A stretch of 64,000 nt of DNA from positions 1,856,001 through 1,920,000 of the forward strand of contig OY760183.1 in NCBI GenBank assembly GCA_963663275.1. The letters run 5' to 3'. Each line of letters starts with the position of its first letter. The first letter of the stretch is position 1. Position numbers and translations under genes: made by a program. The notes under the pieces are model-generated. The model was not told the origin of the DNA, did no database searches, and was given only the letters and a program-made list of their open reading frames with translations. Source of the stretch: Chloroflexota bacterium. GTDB taxonomy: Bacteria > Chloroflexota > UBA11872 > VXOZ01. This document shows positions 10,037 through 19,035 of the stretch, piece by piece.

Positions 10037-10372
10037 CTACCGCGCCCGCGCGTGTTCCGGCGTGTAGGGCAGCAGGGCCAGCGTGCGCGCGCGCTTGATG
10101 GCCGTGGCCAAGCGCCGCTGGTGCTTGGCGCAGGTGCCGCTCTGGCGGTGCCCGACGATCTTTTCGCGATCGTCCAGGTAGTTCCACAGGAGGTCGACGT
10201 TCTTATGGTCGATGACCTTGACGGCGTTGCCGCAGAAGTAGCAAGAGCGGCGGCGCCGCGGGCCGCGTCCGCCCGGCCCGCGCCGGCGCCCACCGAAGCG
10301 TCCGCCACCGCCGCCGCCGCCAAACCGTCCCGGCGGCCGGCCGCGCGAACCGCGTGAATCTCGATCGATCAT
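10037..10372 (-). CDS. rpsR: 30S ribosomal protein S18 (Zn-binding type, Gly/Arg-rich N-terminal extension)
   Basis: CYFC, IDHKNVDLL, GTCAKHQRRLATAIKRARTLALLPY; follows ssb. Confidence 0.97.
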   Translation of the reverse strand: MIDRDSRGSRGRPPGRFGGGGGGGRFGGRRRGPGGRGPRRRRSCYFCGNAVKVIDHKNVDLLWNYLDDREKIVGHRQSGTCAKHQRRLATAIKRARTLALLPYTPEHARAR

Positions 10373-10502
10373 TCTCTTTCCTTTAACCTGTTAAGGGTGT
10401 GCTGTTAGGTTAGCGCGCTACGAGTGTGATATGCGTTCGCGCGCTACGGATGCGCTCCTGTCCCCTCTCCCTCAGGGAGAGGGTTAGGGTGAGGGTTCGG
10501 GG

Positions 10503-10928
10503 TTAGAAGGGCAGATCGTCCGGGTCGATGTTCTCTTCCGCCTCCTCGGCCGGCGCGCCGGCTTCCTCCGGCGTGCCTCCGGATGCGGCCCGCTCGCCGC
10601 GTGAGCCGAGCATCTGCATCTGATAAGCGGTGACCGCCAAGTTGGAGCGTTCCTGCCCATCCTGTCCTGTCCAGCGATCGAGCTTGATAGGCCCTTCAAT
10701 ATAGACCTGTTGCCCTTTGGTCAGGTAATTGGCACAAATCTCGGCCAGCCGATCCCAGGCGGTAACGCGAAACCACTCAGTTTCTTCTTCCTGTTGATCG
10801 TCTCGGCCACCCCGGCGGCGACTGACCGCAACGGAGAATGAGCAAACGGGCGTGCCGCTGCCTGTATAGCGCAACTCCGGGTCGCGCCCCAGGTGTCCGA
10901 TGAGCATGACTTTATTCAGCCCGGCCAT
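10503..10928 (-). CDS. ssb: Single-stranded DNA-binding protein
   Basis: NKVMLIGHLGRDPELRYT and C-terminal DDLPF. Confidence 0.97.
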   Translation of the reverse strand: MAGLNKVMLIGHLGRDPELRYTGSGTPVCSFSVAVSRRRGGRDDQQEEETEWFRVTAWDRLAEICANYLTKGQQVYIEGPIKLDRWTGQDGQERSNLAVTAYQMQMLGSRGERAASGGTPEEAGAPAEEAEENIDPDDLPF

Positions 10929-10930
10929 GG

Positions 10931-11290
10931 TTACGCTTCCTCGCTTTCTGCGGTAGCGGCGGCCGCGGGTTCCGGCGGCTGGTCCGGCGTGAGCGGCGGC
11001 AGGCCCTCGGCGCGCACCGTGAGATAGCGCAGCACGGGCTCGGAGATCATGAGCATGCTCTCGATCTCGTTCACCAGCGTCGGGGCGTCGGCGCGGAAGT
11101 GCCAGAGCACGTAGAAGCCGTCGCGCAGGTGCTTGATGGGATAGGCGAGGCGTTTCCGCCCCCAGGTCTGGCGCGCAACCACCTCGCCGTTGTGGTCGAA
11201 AATGGCCCCGACGACGCGGTCGCCGACGGTCGTCAGGGTATCGGTGTCGACCTCCGGGTGGAAGATGACGACGAGTTCGTACAGGCGCAT
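10931..11290 (-). CDS. rpsF: 30S ribosomal protein S6
   Basis: MRLYELVVIFHP, WGRKRLAYPIK, VLRYL; start re-called to ATG 11290. Confidence 0.96.
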   Translation of the reverse strand: MRLYELVVIFHPEVDTDTLTTVGDRVVGAIFDHNGEVVARQTWGRKRLAYPIKHLRDGFYVLWHFRADAPTLVNEIESMLMISEPVLRYLTVRAEGLPPLTPDQPPEPAAAATAESEEA

Positions 11291-11299
11291 AGAGGTATT

Positions 11300-11385
11300 T
11301 TCCTTCCTCTGGGTTTGCCTCCGGTCGTGCGCGCCGGCGGGGTCTGGGTTGCGCCCTGCCGTCACGCGCCGAAAGCAGAAAGGTT
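11300..11385 (-). promoter_or_regulatory. Candidate S6:S18-responsive ribosomal leader hairpin
   Basis: On the minus strand CCTTTCTG-CTTTCGG can pair with CCGGAGGC...CAGAGGAAGG, covering the rpsF RBS; position matches known S6:S18 leaders. Confidence 0.35.
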
Positions 11386-11391
11386 TGGTTG

Positions 11392-11479
11392 TGGTGCCGA
11401 GGACCGGAGTCGAACCGGCACGAGCGTTAGAGCTCCTGGGAGTTTAAGTCCCATGCGTCTTCCATTTCGCCACCTCGGC
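11392..11479 (-). tRNA. tRNA-Leu (anticodon TAA), long variable arm, CCA encoded
   Basis: Reverse complement GCCGAGGTGGCGAAATGGAAGACGCATGGGACTTAAACTCCCA...GGTTCGACTCCGGTCCTCGGCACCA folds as a cloverleaf. Confidence 0.95.
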
Positions 11480-11554
11480 TCGCCGGACGCGCGCTATGGT
11501 TGCGTTTGCGCGCCACTCCCACGCGGGGACGCAGGTCCTTGACTACCTTCTGCC

Positions 11555-11583
11555 ATTATATGTTGCCCAATTGCCACCTGCAA
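11555..11583 (-). promoter_or_regulatory. Sigma70-type promoter for tRNA-Leu/rpsF-ssb-rpsR
   Basis: TTGCAG-17 bp-TATAAT on the minus strand. Confidence 0.6.
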
Positions 11584-11768
11584 CCACGGTCACGGCTCTT
11601 GATGCTTTCAAATGGAGGCGAGCATGGGCGCGGAAACGTCCAGGGCTTTTCTGGAGCGTCTCTCGAATTTCCGTTTGAGGATTGAACCCGTGGGAAAGAT
11701 CAGTACGCGCTAACCACTGTGGTACACTTTGAAATGTGTGGACATGACAAAACGCAAGGAGCCGAGCT

Positions 11769-12008
11769 ATGGCTACACTGGACCAAGAGTATGCCGTCTA
11801 TGAGTCCAGGCGAGAAGAGTTGGAAGCAAGTCAAGCGGGCAAGTACGCGCTCATTAAGGGCGATGAGCTTATCGGCGCATACGACTCGCTTGACGATGCG
11901 CTTCGCGTTGCGGTGCCAAAATTTGGAAGAGGTCCATACTTGATCAAGGAAATCGGTCTGCCCGAACCGGAATCGGTGTTCCCGGTCTTCTACGGTATTC
12001 GTCCATGA
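11769..12008 (+). CDS. Small DUF5678-like protein
   Basis: Y....EEL.....GKYALIKGDELIGAYDS..DA......FG..P.LIK pattern; AGGAG RBS; lower GC. Confidence 0.65.
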   Translation: MATLDQEYAVYESRREELEASQAGKYALIKGDELIGAYDSLDDALRVAVPKFGRGPYLIKEIGLPEPESVFPVFYGIRP

Positions 12009-12442
12009 TTGGTGTAGACTGTGGAGCCCCAAACGCCGACCTGCTGGTAGCAGAAGGGCCAATGCTACGGGTAAGAGTGGGGTTTGACCTTGACTACTTC
12101 CATGGTGGGTCTGAGTCCCCCTCCTTGCCGCCGACGGATATTCCGGCTTTGGTTGACACTGGCGCAACACTTAGCTGCATTGACTCTAGCCTTGCGGAGC
12201 GCCTTGGACTGCCTCGCATTGGAGACGCCCCGGTCGCAGGCGCACATGGACGCTACACTCTTCCAGAATACGCTGCGCAGGTGTATGTTCCAGACCTGGA
12301 CAGTACGATAACTGGTAGGTTTACTGGGGCGCATCTACATATAGGGGGTCAGAGGTATCTGGCCCTGTTGGGGAGGGCATTCCTTCGAGACATCACGATG
12401 GTCTACGAGGGACGTACCGGTAGAGTGTTCATCCACTACTAG
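12005..12442 (+). CDS. Retropepsin-like (clan AA) aspartyl protease
   Basis: ALVDTGATLSCI catalytic motif and LLGRAFL C-terminal motif; ATGA overlap with the upstream gene. Confidence 0.85.
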   Translation: MIGVDCGAPNADLLVAEGPMLRVRVGFDLDYFHGGSESPSLPPTDIPALVDTGATLSCIDSSLAERLGLPRIGDAPVAGAHGRYTLPEYAAQVYVPDLDSTITGRFTGAHLHIGGQRYLALLGRAFLRDITMVYEGRTGRVFIHY

Positions 12443-12673
12443 CCTTCTCAGCCCCGAATCGATACGCGAATGGTTCAAGGCTTCGGGTAGGCCAGTGGCG
12501 GAATGAGCGCGATACTGCAAGAGTTGAGGACGTAAGCCACCGTCTAACGTAGCAATCTGACGTAGTCACACCAGCCAGTGAGCCGAGAATGTTGACGAGA
12601 CAGCTAACACTCCTAGACGATGACTCTACGTGCCGGACGCTCCTGTTGTAGGGAAAAGCGATAGGATGCGGCG

Positions 12674-15600
12674 CTAGAGTTGCGCTTGGACGCGGACGAG
12701 TTGGGCGTAGGTGCCCGCCGCGCCGGCGAGTTCTTCGTGAGCGCCCTGTTGGGTGACGCGCCCCTCGTCCAGGACGATGATGGTATCCGCGTCGCGCACG
12801 GTTGACAGGCGGTGCGCGATAACCAACGTCGTGCGGCCGCGCATGAGTTCCGCGATGGCCCCGCGCACCTCGCGCTCGTTCTCCGTGTCCAGGTGAGAAG
12901 TGGCTTCGTCCAGGATGAGAATGGGCGCTTGCTTGAGCAGGGCGCGGGCGATCGCCAGCCGCTGCCGCTGGCCGCCGGAGATGGACGTGCCGCGCTCGCC
13001 CACCACGGAGTCGTAGCCGCGCGGGAAGGCCCGGATGAACTCGTCGGCGCTCGCCATCTTGGCCGCATCCTCGATCTCCGCGTCGGTGGCGTCGGGCCGC
13101 GCCAGGCGCAAATTCTCACGAATGCTCATATTGAACAGGTAGATGTCCTGGGAAACGAGCGAGACGCGGCTGCGCAGGTCGTCCAGGGTGAAGCCGCGCA
13201 GGTCGTGCCCGCCGAACGTAATGCGCCCCTGCTGCGGGTCCCAGAAGCGCATGAGCAGGTGCGCCACGGTGGTCTTGCCCGCGCCGGACGGGCCGACTAA
13301 CGCGACCGTCTGGCCGGCTTCCGCCGCAAAGGAGACGCCGCTGAGGGCCTGCGGCTCGCCGGGGCCGTAGTTGAACCAGACGTCCTCGAAGGCGACGGCG
13401 GGCGCGGCGGCCGCGGCCGGCGAAACATCGTGGCCGTCGTCCACCGGCGCCGGTTCGTCCTGCACGGCAAAGACGCGGCGGCCGGAACCAAAGGCGTTTG
13501 CCAACTCCTTGACGATGCGGGCGATTTCGGCCACCGGCGTAAAGCAGGTGAGCGCCAGCATGGTCGCCACCGGCAGCGCTGCCGCCGTCAGCAGTCCCTC
13601 GTTCACCAGGTACGCGCCCAGCATCAGCACCACCAGCGCGCCGACGGCCTGGATGCCCTCGATCGCGCCCTGCTGGAAGCCCAGTTGCCTGCCGTAGCGC
13701 ACCTGCAAGCCGGTGAGCGCGTCGCTCTTATCGTGGATTTCCCGCAAGCGGCGGCCGTCCTGCGAAAAGACCACCACCTCGCGCAAGCCCTGCACGCTGT
13801 CGGCCATGTGGGCGTTCACCTCGCCGAGTTCGGCGCGCAAGCGGTTGCCCAGCCGGTCGGTGTGCCGTCCGATGTAATGGGGACTCAGCCCGACCAGAAT
13901 GAGGAAGGGCACCAGCGCGAGGGCGAGCAGCCACGACATACTCAAGAGGAAGCCGAGCGCCACCAAGGGCACCATGATAGCCACCAATATCGGCCCGGCG
14001 GCGTGGGCGAAGAAGGACTCCACGGTCTCGATGTCCGACGTGACGATGCTCGTCAGGTCGCCGCTGCGGCGGCTGTACATGTAGGCGGGCGCGAGATGGT
14101 CTAGGGTGTCGAAGAGCTTGATGCGCATGTCGGCCAGGATGCGGTACGCCATGTCGTGGGAGATCCAGGCCTCGATCCAGTGGAAGAGCGCCACCGTAAC
14201 CGCCAACGCGAGCACAATCGGGATCATGGGGCCCAGACCGCCGTCGGTGGCCACCCGGCCAGCGAGCATGGCGCTGGCCACGCCGAGCGCAATGGTGGCT
14301 CCGGCTTTCACCAGGCCGCTGCCGACGGTGATGGCGAATTCCAGCCACTCCGGGCGGATGAGCCGCATCAGGCGGCTGCTCGTTTCCACAGCGCCGAGCA
14401 TCACCGGCTCAATGGGCTTGGCGTGGGCGGCGCTGCGTAGGAAGTGGCCGTCTTGACCGTCGGACGCGGGCTCGGTGTGTGCCGCTTTCGCGCCCGCCGC
14501 ATGGGCTTGGGCGGTATCGCCATTGGTGGCGGCCGCGGCGAAAGTGGCTTCCCCATTGCCCGCGGCGCCGGCCGGCAGCCGCGCTTGCGCCGCCACCAGA
14601 CGAGCGTAGACCCCGTCGTGGGCCATCAGTTCGCCATGCGTGCCGCGTTCCACGCACGCGCCCCGCTCCAGCACGATGATCTGGTCCGCGCCGGCCACGG
14701 TGGAGAGGCGGTGGGCAATGATGATGGTGGTGCGATTCTCCATCAGCCGTTCCAGCGCCTCTTGGATCACCGCCTCGTTGCCGCTGTCCACGTGGGAGGT
14801 GGCTTCGTCCAGGATGAGGATCGGCGCGTCTTTGAGAATTGCCCGCGCGATCGCCAGGCGCTGCCGCTGGCCGCCGGAGAGCTTTTGGCCCCGCTCGCCG
14901 ATGATCGTGTGGTAGCCGGAGAGGAGTTTGGGGATGAATTCGTGGGCGTTCGCCGCCTGCGCCGCGGCCAGCACCTCCGCGTCGGTCGCCTCGGGACGCG
15001 CCAGCCGGATGTTCTCCAGCACCGTGCCGTGGAAGAGATACGTATCCTGCGCCACGATGGAGACCTGCCGCCGCAGGGTGTCCAACGGAATGTTGCGCAG
15101 GTCATGGCCGCCGAGCAGGATGCGCCCGGCCTGAGGATCGAAGAAGCGCAGCAGCAGGTTGGTGACGGTGGTCTTGCCCGCGCCGGACGGGCCGACGATG
15201 CCGAGCGTGGAGCCGGCCGGCACAGTAAAGGAAACGTCTTGCAGGGCCGGATGGTCGCCTTGCTCGTAGGTGAAGGTCGCGCGCTCGAAGTCCACGCGGG
15301 GTTCGAGGGGCGCGTCGTTGGCGAAAGGTGTGGCCGTGTTTCCGTTGGCGGGAATGGCGTCGGGATGGATTCCCGCCTGCGCGGGCATCTCGGATGCCCC
15401 TTGCGCCGGCGTACGGTCGGCAACGTCAACCACCTCCGGCTGCTCGTCCAGCAGCGAGAACATGCCGATGGCCGACGAGGTGCCGAGCAGGCCGGTGTGG
15501 TAAAGCTGGTTCAGTTCCCGCAGCGGGCGGAAGATTTCCACGCCCAGGAAGAGGACGATCATGAGCGGCGTAATGTCCAACGTGCCTTGATCGACGCGAA

Positions 15601-16414
15601 TCGCGCCCCAGGCGAGCACTGCGGCCGCGCCGAGGCTCATGAAGAGCATGCTCACGCCGCCGGCGGCGATGTTGATGCCCAGCACCTTCATGGTCGAGGT
15701 GGAGAGGGCGCGGGCGCGGTCGGCCAGCATCCGGCCCCACTCGCCGCTGCGGCCGAAGATCTTCAGGGTGGCGAGGCCCTGAATGGCGTCGATGAAGTCG
15801 GCGCTCAGCGCCCGGTTCGCCTGCCAGCGGCCGCGGCTGGCGCGGTAGGTGGCGCGGCGGAAGAACGTCGGCGCGAGATACGTGAGCACGGCGAAGGCCA
15901 GGAAGATGATCGCCGATTGCCAGTCGAGGATGGTCATGAACGTGAGAATGCCGATCGGCGCGATACCGGCCACCACCAGTTGCGGCAGGTAGCGGCCGAA
16001 GAACGTCTCAAGCTGTTCCACGGAGTCGACGGCCTTCACCACCACCTCGCCGGTGCGCTGCTTCTGGGTGAAGCCGGGGCCGAGGCGCAGCAGGTGCGCA
16101 TAGAGCTTGGTGCGCAGCTTGACTTTCATCTTGGCCGCCGTCTCGTGGGCGATGAACTGCTGCGCCATGGTAAAGACGATGCGCAGCATGGGCAGCGCGA
16201 GCACGCCGAGCAGGATGACGATGATCTCCGTAAAGGGCTTCTGCTCGAAGACCATGGCGATGGCCGTGCCGGAGAGCGCAAGGCGCGCCACGCCGGTGGT
16301 CACCGCGCCCAAGCCGAACAAAGCGGCCAGGACGATGCGGCCGCGGACGCCTTGGGTCAAGCGCGCGAGACGCCAACTGGTGCTTACGGAGTCTGTCTTC
16401 TGGGCGGTTGCCAT
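12674..16414 (-). CDS. Fused tandem ABC exporter (TMD-NBD-TMD-NBD), CydD/CydC or IrtA/B-like
   Basis: Two GPSGAGKT Walker A, LSGGQ/ISGGQ signatures, two ILDEATS, two TM domains; YLPQL and SHDMAYRIL motifs. Confidence 0.9.
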   Translation of the reverse strand: MATAQKTDSVSTSWRLARLTQGVRGRIVLAALFGLGAVTTGVARLALSGTAIAMVFEQKPFTEIIVILLGVLALPMLRIVFTMAQQFIAHETAAKMKVKLRTKLYAHLLRLGPGFTQKQRTGEVVVKAVDSVEQLETFFGRYLPQLVVAGIAPIGILTFMTILDWQSAIIFLAFAVLTYLAPTFFRRATYRASRGRWQANRALSADFIDAIQGLATLKIFGRSGEWGRMLADRARALSTSTMKVLGINIAAGGVSMLFMSLGAAAVLAWGAIRVDQGTLDITPLMIVLFLGVEIFRPLRELNQLYHTGLLGTSSAIGMFSLLDEQPEVVDVADRTPAQGASEMPAQAGIHPDAIPANGNTATPFANDAPLEPRVDFERATFTYEQGDHPALQDVSFTVPAGSTLGIVGPSGAGKTTVTNLLLRFFDPQAGRILLGGHDLRNIPLDTLRRQVSIVAQDTYLFHGTVLENIRLARPEATDAEVLAAAQAANAHEFIPKLLSGYHTIIGERGQKLSGGQRQRLAIARAILKDAPILILDEATSHVDSGNEAVIQEALERLMENRTTIIIAHRLSTVAGADQIIVLERGACVERGTHGELMAHDGVYARLVAAQARLPAGAAGNGEATFAAAATNGDTAQAHAAGAKAAHTEPASDGQDGHFLRSAAHAKPIEPVMLGAVETSSRLMRLIRPEWLEFAITVGSGLVKAGATIALGVASAMLAGRVATDGGLGPMIPIVLALAVTVALFHWIEAWISHDMAYRILADMRIKLFDTLDHLAPAYMYSRRSGDLTSIVTSDIETVESFFAHAAGPILVAIMVPLVALGFLLSMSWLLALALVPFLILVGLSPHYIGRHTDRLGNRLRAELGEVNAHMADSVQGLREVVVFSQDGRRLREIHDKSDALTGLQVRYGRQLGFQQGAIEGIQAVGALVVLMLGAYLVNEGLLTAAALPVATMLALTCFTPVAEIARIVKELANAFGSGRRVFAVQDEPAPVDDGHDVSPAAAAAPAVAFEDVWFNYGPGEPQALSGVSFAAEAGQTVALVGPSGAGKTTVAHLLMRFWDPQQGRITFGGHDLRGFTLDDLRSRVSLVSQDIYLFNMSIRENLRLARPDATDAEIEDAAKMASADEFIRAFPRGYDSVVGERGTSISGGQRQRLAIARALLKQAPILILDEATSHLDTENEREVRGAIAELMRGRTTLVIAHRLSTVRDADTIIVLDEGRVTQQGAHEELAGAAGTYAQLVRVQAQL

Positions 16415-16530
16415 GAATTGCCTCGCTCGCTGCCGGGGCGGCAGCGGTTATATTGCGAATTGTTCCCAATAGAGCGTACATACTATACCACGACGCGCAT
16501 TGCCACACAAGCGGACGCGGCCTTTCTTGT

Positions 16531-16950
16531 CCCCTCACCCCGGCCCTCTCCCTGGGGGAGAGGGGGTCGGACGGGAGCGTGTCTTGTCCCCTCTCCCGCA
16601 CTGAGCGCGCGCGGCCTCTCTTGTCCCCTCTCTGAGGGAGAATATTGCGTAACTCTGTCATTCCGAGCGGAACACAGTGCAGCGAGGAATCTAGAGATGC
16701 AAATCGTGCAGGGGGCGCACTAGATTCCTCTCTCCGCTGCGCTCCGTTCGGAATGACAGGTGAAATCGACGATGGGCTACCCTTGCCAGCCTAGGAGAGG
16801 GAGAGTACGGAAGCACTCCAGCCCCCTCACCCCGGCCCTCTCCCTGGGGGAGAGGGGGTCGGACAGGAGCCTTTCTTGTCCCCTCTCCCGCACTGAGCGC
16901 GCGCGGCCTTTCTTTTCCCCTCTCCTTGTGGGACAGGGTTAGGGTGAGGG
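16531..16950. repeat. Repeat cluster: two ~100-bp CCCTCACCCCGGCCCTCTCCC-family units enclosing a GTCATTCCGAGC...GGAATGAC long palindrome
   Basis: Near-identical direct copies start at ~16531 and ~16824; the inner palindrome spans 16657-16757. Confidence 0.85.
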
Positions 16951-17201
16951 TTTCCTGGGCGGCGGGTGTCGGATTGTGTCAATGTTTGACGCTGACTACT
17001 GTTTCAGATACTATTTGCAATAGTCATAATCAAGGCGGCGTGAGACGCCGCCTTGCGGGCAGGCCGCCAAGCGCAAGAGGGAGTGTACGCGCGCGCCGGC
17101 GCGGCCCGGTGTTGGTTGTCCGTTTCGATTGTTCTCAAAGACGCCCGCCGCGCATTGCGCGCGTCAAGCGCCGGGGGCGTTATCTTGAAAGGATTAAGAC
17201 C

Positions 17202-18773
17202 GTGAGGCCGTTGTCTCGTTTGTTGAGCGTCTTCCTGGCGCTAATGCTGTTGGCCGCGTCGCTGGGCACGGTGTCGGCGGGTGAGTTTGGCGCTGGCCCC
17301 GGCCAGCATGGCGCTCTGACCGTCGTGGACTGGGTCAGCATTACGGTCACCCGCACAGACGACCTCGGGGTTGCGCAACCCGGAGACATCCTGAAGTTCA
17401 CGATCACCATCGAGCGGCTTATGGATGGGCATGACGTAAAGGTCGGCGCTTTAGGCCCTGCTACGGAAGCTGATGCTACTTTTGACGACGTGGCGGACGT
17501 CATTCTCAGCGACACGAAACCGTACCATGCGGAGGAGGTCGAGTACGAGATCCGCGCTACCGATCTGGGCAACGCCGTCAGCCGCACGGTGCCGCTGACG
17601 TGGCAGATTGCCAGGACCATTGTGATACAGACAGAGGGAGGCAGTGAACACCAGCACGCAAGGAGCAATTCGCAATTGACGGGTAACCCTCCTTCCGCCA
17701 CGGTCAACGTTGACGTGACCAAGAAGCCGGACGTGGACGCCGGCGGTACGGAACTGGATCTGGACTTCTCCGGTTCCACCGCGCCCTCCACCATCGAGAA
17801 GGGCGCGAGCGCGACCTTCAAGCTGGTCGTCTCCACCGGCAAGCACGATCTGAACAACGCAAAGACGTTGATTGTCAGGAGACAGTTGTACGACGCCGCC
17901 GGCGAAAAGGTGGGCAATACGGTTCCCGCGGGCACGATCTCTATTCCGGCCCTGCCGACCAACGCGGTCAGCGATGCGCTGGGAGCCACTCCGGGCAGCT
18001 ACGCGCTGCTGGAGCATGAGGCCGACGAGATCAACGACGGCGGCAGACTGGAGTTCACCTATGAGCTTACGCTCACCGAGCTCGACCTCGATATCGACTT
18101 CAACAATGACGTTGCCTTTAGCGTTGTGACGACCTTGGACCTGAAGGGCACGATCTTAACCGTGTCCGCCCAGCCTGAGCCGACGCCGGCGCCGGCGGCA
18201 CCGATCGCCCAGAACAGCGCGGTGACGGTGACGCGGGGCCAGGGCGACCGCATCGACCTGGCGTTGGCCGACGGTACCATGGTCTCCCTGCGCCACGGCT
18301 GGATCGCCGCCGACGGCACCACCCGCTCCTACAGCGCCCGGGGCTACATCCGCGAGGAGGAGAAGCGGGGCCGGGGCGGCCAGACGTACGCGGTGGTGGA
18401 GCGCCAGTCGGACGGGGCGATCGTGCGCGTGTGGATACCGGCCGGCAGCGACTACGTGAACCGCGTGCCGTGGCCGGAGGTGCTGGCCAACTACACCTTC
18501 CCGACGGCGGTGGTGGAAGCGATCCCGCTGGACGAGACGCATCCGGTGGCGAACCAACTGGCGCGCTACAGCGGCGATGAACGCATCTACGTCTACTCCG
18601 GCGGGGAATGGCGCTGGATACCCGACATTCCGACGTTCCAGTTCCACGGGTTTTACTGGTGCGACGTGACGGCGGCGGACGCCGGGTTCTTCGACCGGGT
18701 GACGGCGGGCAACCCGCTGCCGCGCAGCGGCACGCCGGACCGGCCGGGTTATCCGGTGTGCCACAACTTGTAA
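17202..18773 (+). CDS. Secreted/surface hypothetical protein: signal peptide, beta-rich N-terminal region, PEPTPAP linker, distinct C-terminal domain
   Basis: Start re-called to GTG 17202 (AAAGGA RBS); signal peptide RPLSRLLSVFLALMLLAASLGTVSA. Confidence 0.8.
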   Translation: MRPLSRLLSVFLALMLLAASLGTVSAGEFGAGPGQHGALTVVDWVSITVTRTDDLGVAQPGDILKFTITIERLMDGHDVKVGALGPATEADATFDDVADVILSDTKPYHAEEVEYEIRATDLGNAVSRTVPLTWQIARTIVIQTEGGSEHQHARSNSQLTGNPPSATVNVDVTKKPDVDAGGTELDLDFSGSTAPSTIEKGASATFKLVVSTGKHDLNNAKTLIVRRQLYDAAGEKVGNTVPAGTISIPALPTNAVSDALGATPGSYALLEHEADEINDGGRLEFTYELTLTELDLDIDFNNDVAFSVVTTLDLKGTILTVSAQPEPTPAPAAPIAQNSAVTVTRGQGDRIDLALADGTMVSLRHGWIAADGTTRSYSARGYIREEEKRGRGGQTYAVVERQSDGAIVRVWIPAGSDYVNRVPWPEVLANYTFPTAVVEAIPLDETHPVANQLARYSGDERIYVYSGGEWRWIPDIPTFQFHGFYWCDVTAADAGFFDRVTAGNPLPRSGTPDRPGYPVCHNL

Positions 18774-18966
18774 GAGTTGTCGCAACCTGTTGAGAGGGTT
18801 GTCGCAGCCGGTGAAGCCTGTGGAAGGTGTTTGTCGCAGGCTGTAAGGCGCGGCGGCGTAGTAGGGGCGCGGCACGACACGCGCGTGATAGCCGCGACCG
18901 GGAAGGCAAAGCGCGATAGCCGCGCGCTAGCGGCCCAGGGGGGCTCTACCATCTCTCGGCGCTACC

Positions 18967-19004
18967 GCAAGAGCCGGTGTTCTCCATAGGACACCGGCTC
19001 TTGC
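18967..19004. terminator. Perfect 14-bp stem hairpin, possible terminator
   Basis: GCAAGAGCCGGTGT-10 nt-ACACCGGCTCTTGC; no clear U-tract. Confidence 0.4.
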
Positions 19005-19035
19005 TAATGGTGGTGGTCGTTTGCCACTGCAGCAG

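Noticed and set aside
16926-17201. Long N-terminal extensions in the ORF track (surface protein, pyrE, HK, argA, glyQS, rpsF, HAD)
   Set aside because: They run through repeats or promoters; better starts with RBS and family-typical N-termini lie downstream.
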